Shown here: in pieces, positions 7,363 to 16,673 of the stretch
Numbering within the stretch: position 1 is the first letter of the stretch
Layout: each line of letters starts with the position of its first letter
IMG/VR virus record: IMGVR_UViG_3300045988_050672
Span: 1 to 43,489 of that record
Reading direction: 5' to 3' (one strand)
Length of the DNA stretch: 43,489 nucleotides
Origin: a virus
The notes under the pieces: model-generated
Database searches by the model: none
The model's input: only the letters and a program-made list of their open reading frames with translations
Told to the model about the DNA's origin: nothing
Translations under genes and position numbers: made by a program

Positions 7363-8086
7363 TCAGATAGTTGGTTTCCTTCGGAAGACCCGTGAGCGTG
7401 ACCAGCATCAATTCTCCGGTGGCCGTCATAGCCCAGGAGCCGGTGTACATTGCGCCGATGTAGCCAATGACCTCGCGGCAGCTGTACCCGGCAGGGTACG
7501 GGATTTCGTAACCAGAAGTGACGATTTGATATACCCGGCTATCCAGCGAGATGCCGACTGCATCGGAAATCTCTTTCAGAACTTCAATGTCACTTGCAGG
7601 CCAGTTAAGTGAGGATTCTGCCGGATAGTCTTCTTCCAGAAGAAGCATTCCGTCGTATCCGTGGAGCGTTAGTTTTGTCCGGTCGCCGATTTCTCCTTCG
7701 CTCCGTTTGTCAATGTAATACTTTCCTTGTGGCAGCCATTCAGAGACGGCATTCTCATTTGCAGCTCTGACGTATGGCCGAAGAAGCGCACGTTTGGGGA
7801 TATCACCATAGGGATGAATCATTTCAACGTTGATCTCACCGGCGCAGGTTTTTCCAACGTCAGGAGAATCGGAAAGAAGCGGTTGCTTCTGCTCCATGGA
7901 TATCAGCAGTTCTTCACCGTAGCCGGTTTCAGCGCCACCGCTATCTACCAGAATGCGCACTCCGCCGAACGTGATTGCGCTTCCGCTTTTGTCAATTAGC
8001 CTTCCGGTATCACCGATGCAGAGGCGGTTTTCAAACCAGTGGTTGCCAGCTACAATGTCCCGGTATTCCTGTGATACGTTCTGCAT
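7304..8086 (-). CDS. Tail tip protein (Tal-like N-terminal part), 260 aa
   Basis: Follows the Dit-like gene downstream of the tape measure. ATG at 8086 with GAGGTGA. Contains AITFGG(V/A)RILV both near the N-terminus and at the extreme C-terminus. Confidence 0.55.
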   Translation of the reverse strand: MQNVSQEYRDIVAGNHWFENRLCIGDTGRLIDKSGSAITFGGVRILVDSGGAETGYGEELLISMEQKQPLLSDSPDVGKTCAGEINVEMIHPYGDIPKRALLRPYVRAANENAVSEWLPQGKYYIDKRSEGEIGDRTKLTLHGYDGMLLLEEDYPAESSLNWPASDIEVLKEISDAVGISLDSRVYQIVTSGYEIPYPAGYSCREVIGYIGAMYTGSWAMTATGELMLVTLTGLPKETNYLIVGGSDNRAITFGGARILV

Positions 8087-8095
8087 AAGCGCCCG

Positions 8096-8464
8096 TCACC
8101 TCTCAATCAGGGGAAAGGTAATGCCGCTCCACCAATCGTCTTCCGGCTTCTCTATCAGGAAAGATGCAGGGTTATTGTTGGAGTACATGGTCACATTGTT
8201 GCGGTACCCGCTCATAGGGTCGTAGTAGTCCACGGTCACATATTCCGGGAGAATGGTATGCAACACGGTCATAGCTTCCTCAGCCTTTAGCGGGCGGCAG
8301 GTGATGTCCAGACGGATTTTGGTTGTCACCCGGCCACGTTGCATTGTTCCGTCCATTGTGCGCCCGGAATTAGGTGCATCAATGTCGTTGCGCTGCCACT
8401 TTACGCCCTGTTTGGCGATGAACGGCATGAAGTCCACGCCGTTTATCTTGAGCATCATCTTCAT
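8096..8464 (-). CDS. Small distal-tail (Dit-like) protein, 122 aa
   Basis: Immediately downstream of the tape measure gene. Assignment is by position only. Confidence 0.45.
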   Translation of the reverse strand: MKMMLKINGVDFMPFIAKQGVKWQRNDIDAPNSGRTMDGTMQRGRVTTKIRLDITCRPLKAEEAMTVLHTILPEYVTVDYYDPMSGYRNNVTMYSNNNPASFLIEKPEDDWWSGITFPLIER

Positions 8465-8484
8465 GCCGTTTTCACTCCTTCCGT

Positions 8485-11400
8485 TTATCCATACATTCTT
8501 GCGTTCCTGCGCTGAGCATCCCGGACAGCCCGGTCGAAGTCATATCCACCGCCACCTCCGTTGTCCTGATTGCGCATTTCCGCGATAATCTGCTGAGCGA
8601 CAGCATACAGGGCGTTGATGAGGTCTTCGTTTCCTTCACGGGTAGCCGTTGCGATACCCTCAACAATCTGGTCATTGTTGGCAACAGCCGTTCTTCTGCC
8701 AATAGAGCCAACCATTTCTGCGCCCGCTTCACGGGCTATAAAGAGTTGACCTTGGTCTACAAAACCGCCGTCGGCAAGCATCGGAATTTGAGGAACGCTG
8801 ATTTCCCGGAGACCGGAGAACGGGGTAAATCCTGCAATGCTGAATCCTCGGATACTGCGGAGAATGCTGTTGATTCCGCCGAATGCGTAGCTGATTGCCG
8901 AGTTAAGTCCGGAAAGAACGCCGTTTATGATTCCTTTGAAAAATCCGACTACTTTCCCAAATATAACCGTTATATCTGTCCACAAATCCGTGAAAAATCC
9001 AACAATCGGGCGAATGACGTTTGCGTCAAACCAGGCTGCAATTCCAGAGAAAACAGTGCTGATTTTATTCCACGATTTTATGGCCCAGGAAGATATGCCA
9101 TCCCAAAGGCCGGAGAAGAACGAGGCGACAGGCTGGATAACATTTGTGTCAAACCAGTCAGAAACAATTCCCCATATAATCTTGATGGTTTCCCACGTGC
9201 CACTTGCAAGCACTCCGATGTCGTAAAAAACATCCTCGAATGTCTGGCTCACGCTACCCCACAAATCAGAGAACCACGAGATGGCAGGAGAGAACGTATC
9301 GACAATTCCATCCCAAAGTCCGGAGAAGAATCCGGATATTGGTTGCACAACGTTTATATTGAACCATTCCGCAGCAGGTGCAAAGAATGCGCAGATTTCA
9401 TCCCACTTCTGGTAAATCAGAATACCAAGGTCTGTCAGTGCGCCTACTGCTAGGCCAACGAGTGCGCCGATAGCTGCACCAACAGGGCCACCGACAGAGC
9501 CTATCGCCGTACCAATGATTGCGCCAATTCCCGTAGCAGCTAATGTAGACCCCGCTGGAATCAATAAGCCGTTTAGGGTATTCAGCCCATTCATGATCGC
9601 GTCGTATACGCCGGTAACGAACATTGGGATTCCAGCAACAATTCCACCGATGGCTGCCCCGATAAGTCCCGTGCTTATCGTTCCGCCGCCCGCAGTAATC
9701 GCCTTGGCTACAGCGCTTCCTTTGAACGCCTTGAAAATTAGCTGCCCAATTCCTTTTCCGATAACCCCAGCGCCTACAGTTCCACCTAAACCACTCAGAA
9801 TGATCTCCCCGAAATTGAAGCTATTAAGTTTATCTTCGATGGCGTCTTTAATGGCTCTAAACTCGATTGAAAAACTGGCAGCTGTCAGAATCACGCCTGC
9901 GGCAATCGTAAGTGGGATGGAAAGGCCGTTTTTGCCAAGCGTTTTTAGCGCCATAATTCCGTTCAGGAAATCGTTTGACAACTTCCATGCAAGTAGCGCA
10001 ATTCCGATTGTGGCAATAAGCTCCAGGATCTCTTTCAGATTGTCCTTAACAAAGGAAACAAGCGGCTCCAGTTTCTTTTTCCACTCGTCAATCTGCGTGG
10101 TTACTGCATTTTTCAGGAAATCATACCCCGGCAAGTTTAAGCCAAGGTCTCCACCGCCTGCACCGGCTCCGCTTCCACTGCCGCCCTGATTCTGGTCGGG
10201 GAGGACATTCAGTTCATCAAACCCGGCAAGGTATCGTTTCAGCTCCTTCGCCGAACCGGCGGCACTGTCCATGTTGTCGGCAATGGCGCCGCTCCCGGCA
10301 GAAGCGCTCCCAATCGCATCCCCCCATTTCGGGGACTTTACCGTTACCCCGAACAGGGCGGCAATGGCCGCTATGATTTCCTGCAAGGCGCTTGCCACGG
10401 CAATAGCAATTGGCAGAACCTTCGTCAGAATCGGAATAAAGATGTTTCCCACGGCACGTGCGGCTTGTTCAAGTTCCGCCCGTAGTACCCGCAGCATGTT
10501 TGCCGGATTTTCCAGCGTTCGTGCCATATCACCTTGCACCTGCGTTACCTGCGTCATCATGGCGTAGTACCGCAGCTGGGATTTCTCCGCCTGCGTCATG
10601 CTGGAAACGCTCTTGTCAATTCCAAGATTCAAGCGTTCCTGCTCCAACCGGGCAACAGACAGGTCGTAGCCAAGCCGCCGCAGAGGTTCGAGTTCTCCGG
10701 AAATACCGGACTGAACCTTCTGCATTGCCGATTCAAAATCGATATTATAGAAGGAGGCAAGGTCATAGCCCAACTGCGTCAGGTTCTTGGCCATGAACGC
10801 TGCCTTGTCACCAGCCACACCGAAACCTGTGATAATGGTGTTGAAAACGCCCTGGTTCCGCATCCATTCAGCAGGGTCAATGCCCATTACATCAGAAACC
10901 TTCTGGGCGTAGTTATAGGCTTCCTCGGCGTACTTACCCATTGAAACGGTGAACAGGTTCAAATCCTCCGTATACTGGGACGATTTTGCAATTGCGATAC
11001 CCAGGAGCTTTGCCGCCGCCCGGTATATGGCCGCAAAGCTGATTGCTTTGAGCGCACTGCTCCAAGCATTTGTGCTTGTGGTTGCCCGCCTTACCGTACC
11101 GTTGTACTGCTCCGTCGATGTAATCAGCCTTTGAATTCTGCTTGGAAATGCCGAAAAGCCGGAGGAAACCTTGTTCATTTCATCCGCAAATGGTTTCATG
11201 GCCGAAGCCAAGTCTTTCATCTGCTGAGTGAACTTATCAATATCCGCTTTCTCAAGCTCCTGGATGACCTCTGGCAGCTTTTTCAGCTGGTTGATGAAGG
11301 AAGTCATATTAGACCGGCCAAGCTCGGACAGAGGCTGCAATCCGGATGCCAGATTCCGCAGTTTTTCTCCGGGGGTGTCCGGCAGATTGGTGATTGCTTG

Positions 11401-11709
11401 ATTGATGGCCGCCAGCTGGTTTCCGATGGACGCGGAGATTTTCAGGCTATCCGTCTGGTCTTTCAGATTGCCCAGGGAGCTGCTAATGCGGTTTATCTTG
11501 TTCGCAAAATCGCCGGTATTCATGTTGTTCACGGCATTCTTGATCTGCGAAATTCCCGCTGCAACTTTGGAAAGGGCAGTTGTGGAACCGCTGATGGATG
11601 ATTTCAGCGCCGCCAGTTTCTTGGCCAGCTGCTCTACACCCGCAGATGCCGCGGCACTGTCATTCACAATCTGAAATTCAATGCCCTGCATTTCCACATT
11701 GTCAGCCAT
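8485..11709 (-). CDS. Tail tape measure protein, 1074 aa
   Basis: N-terminal coiled coils, long Gly/Ala/Ile-rich hydrophobic segments, internal WFD-type repeats. ATG at 11709 overlaps the GT stop (ATGGCTGA). Confidence 0.9.
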   Translation of the reverse strand: MADNVEMQGIEFQIVNDSAAASAGVEQLAKKLAALKSSISGSTTALSKVAAGISQIKNAVNNMNTGDFANKINRISSSLGNLKDQTDSLKISASIGNQLAAINQAITNLPDTPGEKLRNLASGLQPLSELGRSNMTSFINQLKKLPEVIQELEKADIDKFTQQMKDLASAMKPFADEMNKVSSGFSAFPSRIQRLITSTEQYNGTVRRATTSTNAWSSALKAISFAAIYRAAAKLLGIAIAKSSQYTEDLNLFTVSMGKYAEEAYNYAQKVSDVMGIDPAEWMRNQGVFNTIITGFGVAGDKAAFMAKNLTQLGYDLASFYNIDFESAMQKVQSGISGELEPLRRLGYDLSVARLEQERLNLGIDKSVSSMTQAEKSQLRYYAMMTQVTQVQGDMARTLENPANMLRVLRAELEQAARAVGNIFIPILTKVLPIAIAVASALQEIIAAIAALFGVTVKSPKWGDAIGSASAGSGAIADNMDSAAGSAKELKRYLAGFDELNVLPDQNQGGSGSGAGAGGGDLGLNLPGYDFLKNAVTTQIDEWKKKLEPLVSFVKDNLKEILELIATIGIALLAWKLSNDFLNGIMALKTLGKNGLSIPLTIAAGVILTAASFSIEFRAIKDAIEDKLNSFNFGEIILSGLGGTVGAGVIGKGIGQLIFKAFKGSAVAKAITAGGGTISTGLIGAAIGGIVAGIPMFVTGVYDAIMNGLNTLNGLLIPAGSTLAATGIGAIIGTAIGSVGGPVGAAIGALVGLAVGALTDLGILIYQKWDEICAFFAPAAEWFNINVVQPISGFFSGLWDGIVDTFSPAISWFSDLWGSVSQTFEDVFYDIGVLASGTWETIKIIWGIVSDWFDTNVIQPVASFFSGLWDGISSWAIKSWNKISTVFSGIAAWFDANVIRPIVGFFTDLWTDITVIFGKVVGFFKGIINGVLSGLNSAISYAFGGINSILRSIRGFSIAGFTPFSGLREISVPQIPMLADGGFVDQGQLFIAREAGAEMVGSIGRRTAVANNDQIVEGIATATREGNEDLINALYAVAQQIIAEMRNQDNGGGGGYDFDRAVRDAQRRNARMYG
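8971..9367 (-). repeat. Three copies of a 21-aa motif inside the tape measure
   Basis: WFNINVVQPISGFFSGLWDGI / WFDTNVIQPVASFFSGLWDGI / WFDANVIRPIVGFFTDLWTDI, at roughly 9305..9367, 9094..9156 and 8971..9033. Confidence 0.85.
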
Positions 11710-12501
11710 TCCCTTCACCGCCCTTCTTCTCAAATTTCTTGTTGATGGATACCATAAACATCTCCATCATGGCTTTCGCCTTTTTGTCGCTCTTTTCCTG
11801 CTGGGTCAGCTGCTTTTCTCCACTATCCGCCGCTTTCCGCTGCCCAGTGTGCAGCTCAAAGGGCTGCTCCCGGTAGGGAACCGGCTTCGGAGGCTTCTTG
11901 CTGAAACTGAACCGCAGAACCGGGGCGGCATCCAGAAGGGCTTCATAGTAATAAGCCCCTTGCATCCACATATCCTGATTCTTCAAGTCCCGTTTGATCT
12001 TGTCAGCTTCCCGGTAGGCTTTCACCAGTTCCACGTCCTGATTCCAGAACTGGTCATAGGTCATGCCGATTGCAAGATAGTACGGGAATAACTTCTTGAA
12101 GATATTTGTGTAAGCGTAAGAGGGGGTAGGGGTCTCCCCACCCCCTCCGTTTTCGGAAAGAAGTTCGCTTACTCTACTGCTTCCCAGCCGGGGTTTCCCT
12201 CGTTTTCCTCTTCATCATCGGAAAGCAGGGTGTACACGGCCTCGGAGTACATTTCCGTCAGCGCCTTTACCAAGCCAGTCTTATTGCTCAGACCGTCGTA
12301 AATCTTGTTGATGGTAGCAACCTTGGTGTTGGGATGATTGGCCGCGAAAGCGCCGCTGAACAGCATGGGAATCATGGTAGCGGGCTTGTCGCCAAGCTCA
12401 TTGATGGAGAACCCGGTCTTCTCCATGGCGGAAACCGTGGAGCGGGTGAATTCCAGCGTGTACTTCTTGCCGTTGTAGGGAATGCAGATTTTCTTAGCCA
12501 T
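11702..12501 (-). CDS. Tail assembly chaperone GT-like fusion made by -1 programmed frameshift (about 266 aa)
   Basis: The -1 frame is open from the slippery site at 12199..12193 for 163 codons. It runs into the MTYDQFWNQ... ORF and ends at 11702. Confidence 0.7.
12169..12501 (-). CDS. Tail assembly chaperone (G-like), 110 aa
   Basis: Lies between the major tail and tape measure genes. Acidic C-terminus DDEEENEGNPGWEAVE. AAGGAGG SD. Confidence 0.75.
   Translation of the reverse strand: MAKKICIPYNGKKYTLEFTRSTVSAMEKTGFSINELGDKPATMIPMLFSGAFAANHPNTKVATINKIYDGLSNKTGLVKALTEMYSEAVYTLLSDDEEENEGNPGWEAVE
12193..12199 (-). promoter_or_regulatory. -1 frameshift slippery heptamer G_GGA_AAC
   Basis: Zero-frame codons are GAG GGA AAC, 8 codons before the G stop. 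Same X_XXY_YYZ class as lambda G GGA AAG. Confidence 0.7.
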
Positions 12502-12540
12502 CGCTAATCCTCCTTAAAAATGTGTGGTCTGTGTTTTGGC

Positions 12541-12975
12541 TCAGGTCGCGTCGTCCAGCTCAATGGGCGTGGCCGGGGCAATGGAAATGTTCAGGTCTAC
12601 AACCTCGTTGACGCCGCCGCCGGTGGCGTAGGCGGTCAGCTGACCGTCAAACTTGAACTTGCCGTCGCTGCCGGTGGGGGTCAGGGAACCGCCAGCCTCG
12701 TCACCACCGAACCATACGGCGTAGCTCTCGGTCTTTCCAGCCAGCGCTTGCAGCGCTTTGTAGTCAGTCAGAGTGTAGTTCGCGGTGAACGCCAGCGCAT
12801 CCAGAGACTGGATACCGGCGATGTAGGTCTGCATCTTGTCAGACAGGGTAGTGGTTTCCAGCATCTCCGGATCGCCGCCCAGATCAGGGAATTCCTTGAT
12901 GTCAATGAGCTTTTCGTAGGTGTTGCCGGTGGTTCCCTTTTTCATCAGGAAAACTTTATACGTGCTTATGGCCAT
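12541..12975 (-). CDS. Major tail protein, 144 aa
   Basis: Position upstream of the chaperones. MAISTYKVFLMKKGTTGNTYEKLIDIKEFPDLGGDPEMLETTTLSD resembles the phi13-type major tail N-terminus. Confidence 0.75.
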   Translation of the reverse strand: MAISTYKVFLMKKGTTGNTYEKLIDIKEFPDLGGDPEMLETTTLSDKMQTYIAGIQSLDALAFTANYTLTDYKALQALAGKTESYAVWFGGDEAGGSLTPTGSDGKFKFDGQLTAYATGGGVNEVVDLNISIAPATPIELDDAT

Positions 12976-12996
12976 GTTTAATCATCCTTTCGTTGT

Positions 12997-13036
12997 AATA
13001 AAAACGGGCTGCCTCCTGTGAAGCAGCCCTTCGGCT
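12997..13036 (-). terminator. Intrinsic terminator preceded by the AGCCGAAGGGCU 12-mer
   Basis: Minus-strand AGCCGAAGGGCTGCTTCACAGGAGGCAGCCCGTTTTTATT. Stem GGGCTGC/GCAGCCC. 12-mer at 13025..13036. Confidence 0.7.
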
Positions 13037-13069
13037 CTCTTTCCGCCCTTACGGAAAGGTAAAGCATAT

Positions 13070-13471
13070 TTACCTGCGGTAAATTGTTCCGCCGTCCGTC
13101 TCCGCCCGATACCTGGCAACCAGACGGTAAATCGTCCCGTTTTCCATATTCGGAACAGGGGACAACGAAATTCGCGTGAAATTCCGTTTGTAGAGCATTT
13201 CGTCTATAACGCCCATGATCTCCCGGCAGACGCTTTTCTTGCTTCCCGCCTTGTCGGAGTACACATTCACCTCGTACATCAGCGTGGAGAACTTTTCCCG
13301 GTCGCTGCTGTCCAGCCTGTTCGCGGGCATATAATTGTCCTGCTCTACGATGCTTACGTAGGGGAACTTTGGAGGGGCGTTCACATATTCGCCGGATACC
13401 GCAATGCCCTTGAAGCGCTTTCGCAGAGCCTCGGCAATGGGGGTATAGATCAGCTTTTCAATATCAATCAA
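13070..13471 (-). CDS. Tail terminator / tail completion protein candidate, 133 aa
   Basis: Last neck gene before the major tail. TTG start overlapping the upstream TGA, with GGAGGTG SD. Confidence 0.5.
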   Translation of the reverse strand: MIDIEKLIYTPIAEALRKRFKGIAVSGEYVNAPPKFPYVSIVEQDNYMPANRLDSSDREKFSTLMYEVNVYSDKAGSKKSVCREIMGVIDEMLYKRNFTRISLSPVPNMENGTIYRLVARYRAETDGGTIYRR

Positions 13472-13965
13472 GCCCTGAACACCTCCATAACGATTCTCGG
13501 AAGCTCCTGCTCAATCGTTTTTCTCGCCTCATACATGGGCATTGCAGGAGGATTTCCGTATGTGTGGCCGCCGCCCTTGTCTTTGGGCAGATACCAGCCT
13601 TTGGGGTCGTCCCAATGGCCTTTCCCGTCCGGGTAGGTGCCAGCCCCCATGCCAAACTCCGACGCTTCCGGGTGTCCGGTTCCGTAGGTGATACCGGCTC
13701 CAAATTCAATGAAAAGGACGGATTCCCCATCGGCCTTTACGGCGTAACCATTCGGGATTGCCACGACGGACACGGTTGCATCCCTCATCCCGGTGTAAAC
13801 AGCCCGTGAGAACCGGATGGAAGCCACAGAAGCGCCCAGCATTGCCAGCCTTTCGGCCAGTTCCTTTGCCTTGTCCTTCTGCCAGCGTTTGTATTCCTTC
13901 AATTCGTCCTGAATCTTCTGAATGCCGGAAACCGACAGCGGAACCACAATTTTCTTGTAGCTCAC
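13468..13965 (-). CDS. Neck protein (HK97 gp10-like candidate), 165 aa
   Basis: Position in the head-tail joining block. GTGA overlap with the upstream gene. Confidence 0.45.
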   Translation of the reverse strand: MSYKKIVVPLSVSGIQKIQDELKEYKRWQKDKAKELAERLAMLGASVASIRFSRAVYTGMRDATVSVVAIPNGYAVKADGESVLFIEFGAGITYGTGHPEASEFGMGAGTYPDGKGHWDDPKGWYLPKDKGGGHTYGNPPAMPMYEARKTIEQELPRIVMEVFRA

Positions 13966-14336
13966 GACACGCTCACCTTCGTAACGGCGATGGACACTGA
14001 GGTCAGAGACTTTGCCACCCGTCTGACCATGTAGTCATACAGGGGCTTCCCGTCCTCGTCATACACAGGCTCCTTGTCCAGAAACAGCACGGTATTCTCG
14101 TCAACGGGGCAGGTCATGTCATCCGTAACGATGACCTTGTCATACCCGGCAAGATTGCCGAACTGCTCCACCTGAGAAGCCCCGGTCGCAGCGGATACGT
14201 TGGCGCGGAAGGAAACGGCAGGTTTGTACACAACAGTTTCCTCGCCGGTTTCGTTGCCGTCTTCGTCGGTGACAGGCACTTTCCGGTCATACAGCAGATA
14301 CCAGAAGCTTTGCTTGTTTCGCTCCATGATTCTCAT
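13962..14336 (-). CDS. Head closure / head-tail adaptor candidate, 124 aa
   Basis: Position after the gp6-like connector. GAGGTGA SD. Confidence 0.45.
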   Translation of the reverse strand: MRIMERNKQSFWYLLYDRKVPVTDEDGNETGEETVVYKPAVSFRANVSAATGASQVEQFGNLAGYDKVIVTDDMTCPVDENTVLFLDKEPVYDEDGKPLYDYMVRRVAKSLTSVSIAVTKVSVS

Positions 14337-14345
14337 ACTGTCACC

Positions 14346-14657
14346 TCACAGAACCCCGGCCATGGGAACGATCTGTCGCATCATGGATTCCGGAACGTCC
14401 CCGTTCTCGTAGGAACGGGAAATGCCGTTCTCGCTGTGAGATAGCTCACCCTCTCCGCCTCGCTTGTTCAGAAGATACGTAGCAATCTCCACCTGTAGAT
14501 AGCTGTACTGCTCCGGAACCTCCATAATGGAAGGGTCAAACGGGTATGCCCTGCGGCAAATCTTGCTTGCCGCAATGCCAAGGTAGGCAGAAACCGTGCT
14601 TTCGTCGGTTTCATTCGCCATGGCTTTTACCAATGCGTTTTTCTCGGCTTCCTGCAC
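14346..14657 (-). CDS. Head-tail connector (phage gp6-like), 103 aa
   Basis: GTG start with AAGGAGG. Helical N-terminus and SRSYENGDVPESMMRQIVP tail, typical of gp6/gp15-type adaptors. Confidence 0.55.
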   Translation of the reverse strand: MQEAEKNALVKAMANETDESTVSAYLGIAASKICRRAYPFDPSIMEVPEQYSYLQVEIATYLLNKRGGEGELSHSENGISRSYENGDVPESMMRQIVPMAGVL

Positions 14658-14673
14658 GGTTTCTTACCTCCTT

Positions 14674-14937
14674 TCATTCTACGGGTTCTCCCGCCTTCTT
14701 GCGTGGTTTCTTGATAACGGGAATAGGATTATTCTCCGATAAACCAAACTTGGTGATAACTTCCTCGCGGGTGAGCGGTACGGGGTCGTTGAGGGTATCA
14801 ACGACTACCGTTCCCATCACCACAGAAGTGCTCTCAAGTTCGCGCCGGGTAATCACCTTGTCCTTTGCGGTAAAGCCCACGTTGCGAAAGTGATCTCCCT
14901 CGCGCACATACACTTTCCCGTCAGAAACATAGAACAT
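14674..14937 (-). CDS. Small head-region protein, 87 aa
   Basis: ATG at 14937 with AAGGAGG, directly after the capsid gene. Confidence 0.55.
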   Translation of the reverse strand: MFYVSDGKVYVREGDHFRNVGFTAKDKVITRRELESTSVVMGTVVVDTLNDPVPLTREEVITKFGLSENNPIPVIKKPRKKAGEPVE

Positions 14938-14948
14938 GGTGAACCTCC

Positions 14949-15986
14949 TTAGCCGTTGGTGATGATCTTTGCCAGCGCAATGGTCTTCGGGTCGGCCACG
15001 ATAGACCAGTTGGCAGATGCCGCAAGCTGCGCATCCGTGGGAGAAGCGGTGTAGCCGGAAGTGGGCTTGGTAAAGCTGAAACCGTTGGGGTGCATGGTTT
15101 CGCGGATACGGGTCACCAGCGCGTCATAGCCGCCGCCCTTGAGAGCATCGCGGGTCAGCTCGGAAGGAACCTTCACGGGGGCGGGGGCGTACTGAATTGC
15201 GCCAAGGCCGAGGACGTAGGTGGTGTAGGTGGCCGCTTTCGCACTTTCTCCGCTGGTAGCGGCGGTGGCGGGGCAGCTGTCATCTACGACAACAGTCATG
15301 CCATTCACGGTGCCAATGCGGAGGGGGCGCTCAACGCCGTTGGCGTCGGTGTATTTCAGGAAGTCCAGCAGCTTCAGGCCAGCCATATTGGTGGCGACCT
15401 TACTGTGCATGAACACCAGCCGGAAAGCGTCCTGATTGTCGCCCACGGCCTTCTGAATCGCATCGCCAATGGTGGTCGCACCCATCTTGTTTGCATCCGC
15501 AACAGTGGTGGATGCGGAAGACAGGTCAGTGATGTGGTTCGCCCAACCGGCAAACTCACCGCTGCCGGTCACCCCGAACACAGCATTCAAGATTTTCAGC
15601 ATGATGGACTGACGCTGCTTCTGCCAATACTTGGACACCTGAGACACGATCTGCTGCATGGGGTCGGCACCGCTGTTGTAATCAACGATGAAGTCCTTCT
15701 CCTTCCAGCCGTGGGCGCGGCCAAACACGATACCATTCTGAGCGCTGCCTTCGGGGTCGGTCAGGGTGATGTCAGTTGCGCCATCGTAGTTCTCAGGAGT
15801 GCCGCCAATGACTTTGTAGAACGGCAGCGTATAAAAGTCAGAGCCGTTGGAAATCAAGCCCGCCAGTTCTGCGTTCGGGGCGACAGCACCGCTCTCAAAC
15901 ATCGCGGTCAGGGTGGGGTCTTTCGCATTTGCCCAGTTGTAGTTAAACAGCTCGGGGTCAAACGGAAAGCCAAGATAAGTAGCCAT
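14949..15986 (-). CDS. Major capsid protein, 345 aa
   Basis: Size and position after the scaffold gene. MATYLGFPFDPELFNYNWANAKDPTL N-terminus typical of a capsid family paired with GP20-type scaffolds. Confidence 0.8.
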   Translation of the reverse strand: MATYLGFPFDPELFNYNWANAKDPTLTAMFESGAVAPNAELAGLISNGSDFYTLPFYKVIGGTPENYDGATDITLTDPEGSAQNGIVFGRAHGWKEKDFIVDYNSGADPMQQIVSQVSKYWQKQRQSIMLKILNAVFGVTGSGEFAGWANHITDLSSASTTVADANKMGATTIGDAIQKAVGDNQDAFRLVFMHSKVATNMAGLKLLDFLKYTDANGVERPLRIGTVNGMTVVVDDSCPATAATSGESAKAATYTTYVLGLGAIQYAPAPVKVPSELTRDALKGGGYDALVTRIRETMHPNGFSFTKPTSGYTASPTDAQLAASANWSIVADPKTIALAKIITNG

Positions 15987-16004
15987 AATGTTTTACCTCC
16001 ATAA

Positions 16005-16565
16005 TCATTTCAAAATTGTTTTCCAGTCAGGATTGTTCTTGATAAACTCCATCTGGGATTTGGTGTCGAGTTTCAGGAAATCCGCCTTGGTCATTGCGCC
16101 GCCGGGGTTTCCATCCGCGCCTCTGGGCGTTCTTTTCAGCTTGTCCGCAATGACTTTTTGGGCGTATTTTTCCAAAAACGTCTGGTTGTTGGCAAAAACC
16201 GTAGCCATATCGCCGGATTCCATGGCCGCCGCAGTAGCGTCCGCAAGGGCTTCATCATAGCCCTGCGCAACCAGCTTTGCTTTGTAACCGGCAACGGTTT
16301 TTTCCTTCCGCAGACCGGCCAGCTCCTTTTCCATGTTCTCCCACTTTTCGGCCTGCTCCTGTTGCTTCCTCTGCTCGTCAGTCAGAAGCGCGTTGTGCTT
16401 ACGCTTCCATTCCGCAGCCTCGGAATTGGCCTTGGACAGCGCGTTTTTCTGCCTTTCCAGTTCTGCGGTGTTGTCCTCGTACTCAAAGCCCTCCAAAGCG
16501 GCAAGCTTCTGTTCCGGGGTCATGTCCGCATAACCTTCAATGAGATTTGTGTCGATTTTTGCCAT
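16005..16565 (-). CDS. Scaffolding protein (phage GP20-like), 186 aa
   Basis: Highly charged helical sequence with EQRKQQEQAEKWENMEKELAGLRKEK. AGGAGGAA SD. Precedes the capsid gene. Confidence 0.7.
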   Translation of the reverse strand: MAKIDTNLIEGYADMTPEQKLAALEGFEYEDNTAELERQKNALSKANSEAAEWKRKHNALLTDEQRKQQEQAEKWENMEKELAGLRKEKTVAGYKAKLVAQGYDEALADATAAAMESGDMATVFANNQTFLEKYAQKVIADKLKRTPRGADGNPGGAMTKADFLKLDTKSQMEFIKNNPDWKTILK

Positions 16566-16673
16566 AATTATTCCTCCTGCGTTTGGTGAGGCGGTTCCCT
16601 CCGCCGTGATCTCTGTTTTTACGGGTTGTCTCCCGTCTGCGTTTTTGATAGAGCAGCTTCCCTGCTGCTGTTA

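Noticed and set aside
12121-12146. GC-rich hairpin as the stimulator of the G/GT frameshift, or as a terminator.
   Set aside because: It lies about 45 nt downstream of the slip site, where typical stimulators are 5-9 nt away, and it has no U-tract. It is noted within the frameshift finding only.
15090-16004. 304-aa plus-strand ORF antisense to the major capsid gene. Similar long antisense or alternate-frame ORFs occur at 436..1530, 8746..9453, 9515..10189, 12520..12981 and 36441..37103.
   Set aside because: They lie opposite well-supported structural or replication genes, have Gly/Arg/Pro/His-rich junk composition and no SD. Long stop-free alternative frames are expected in this fairly GC-rich DNA.
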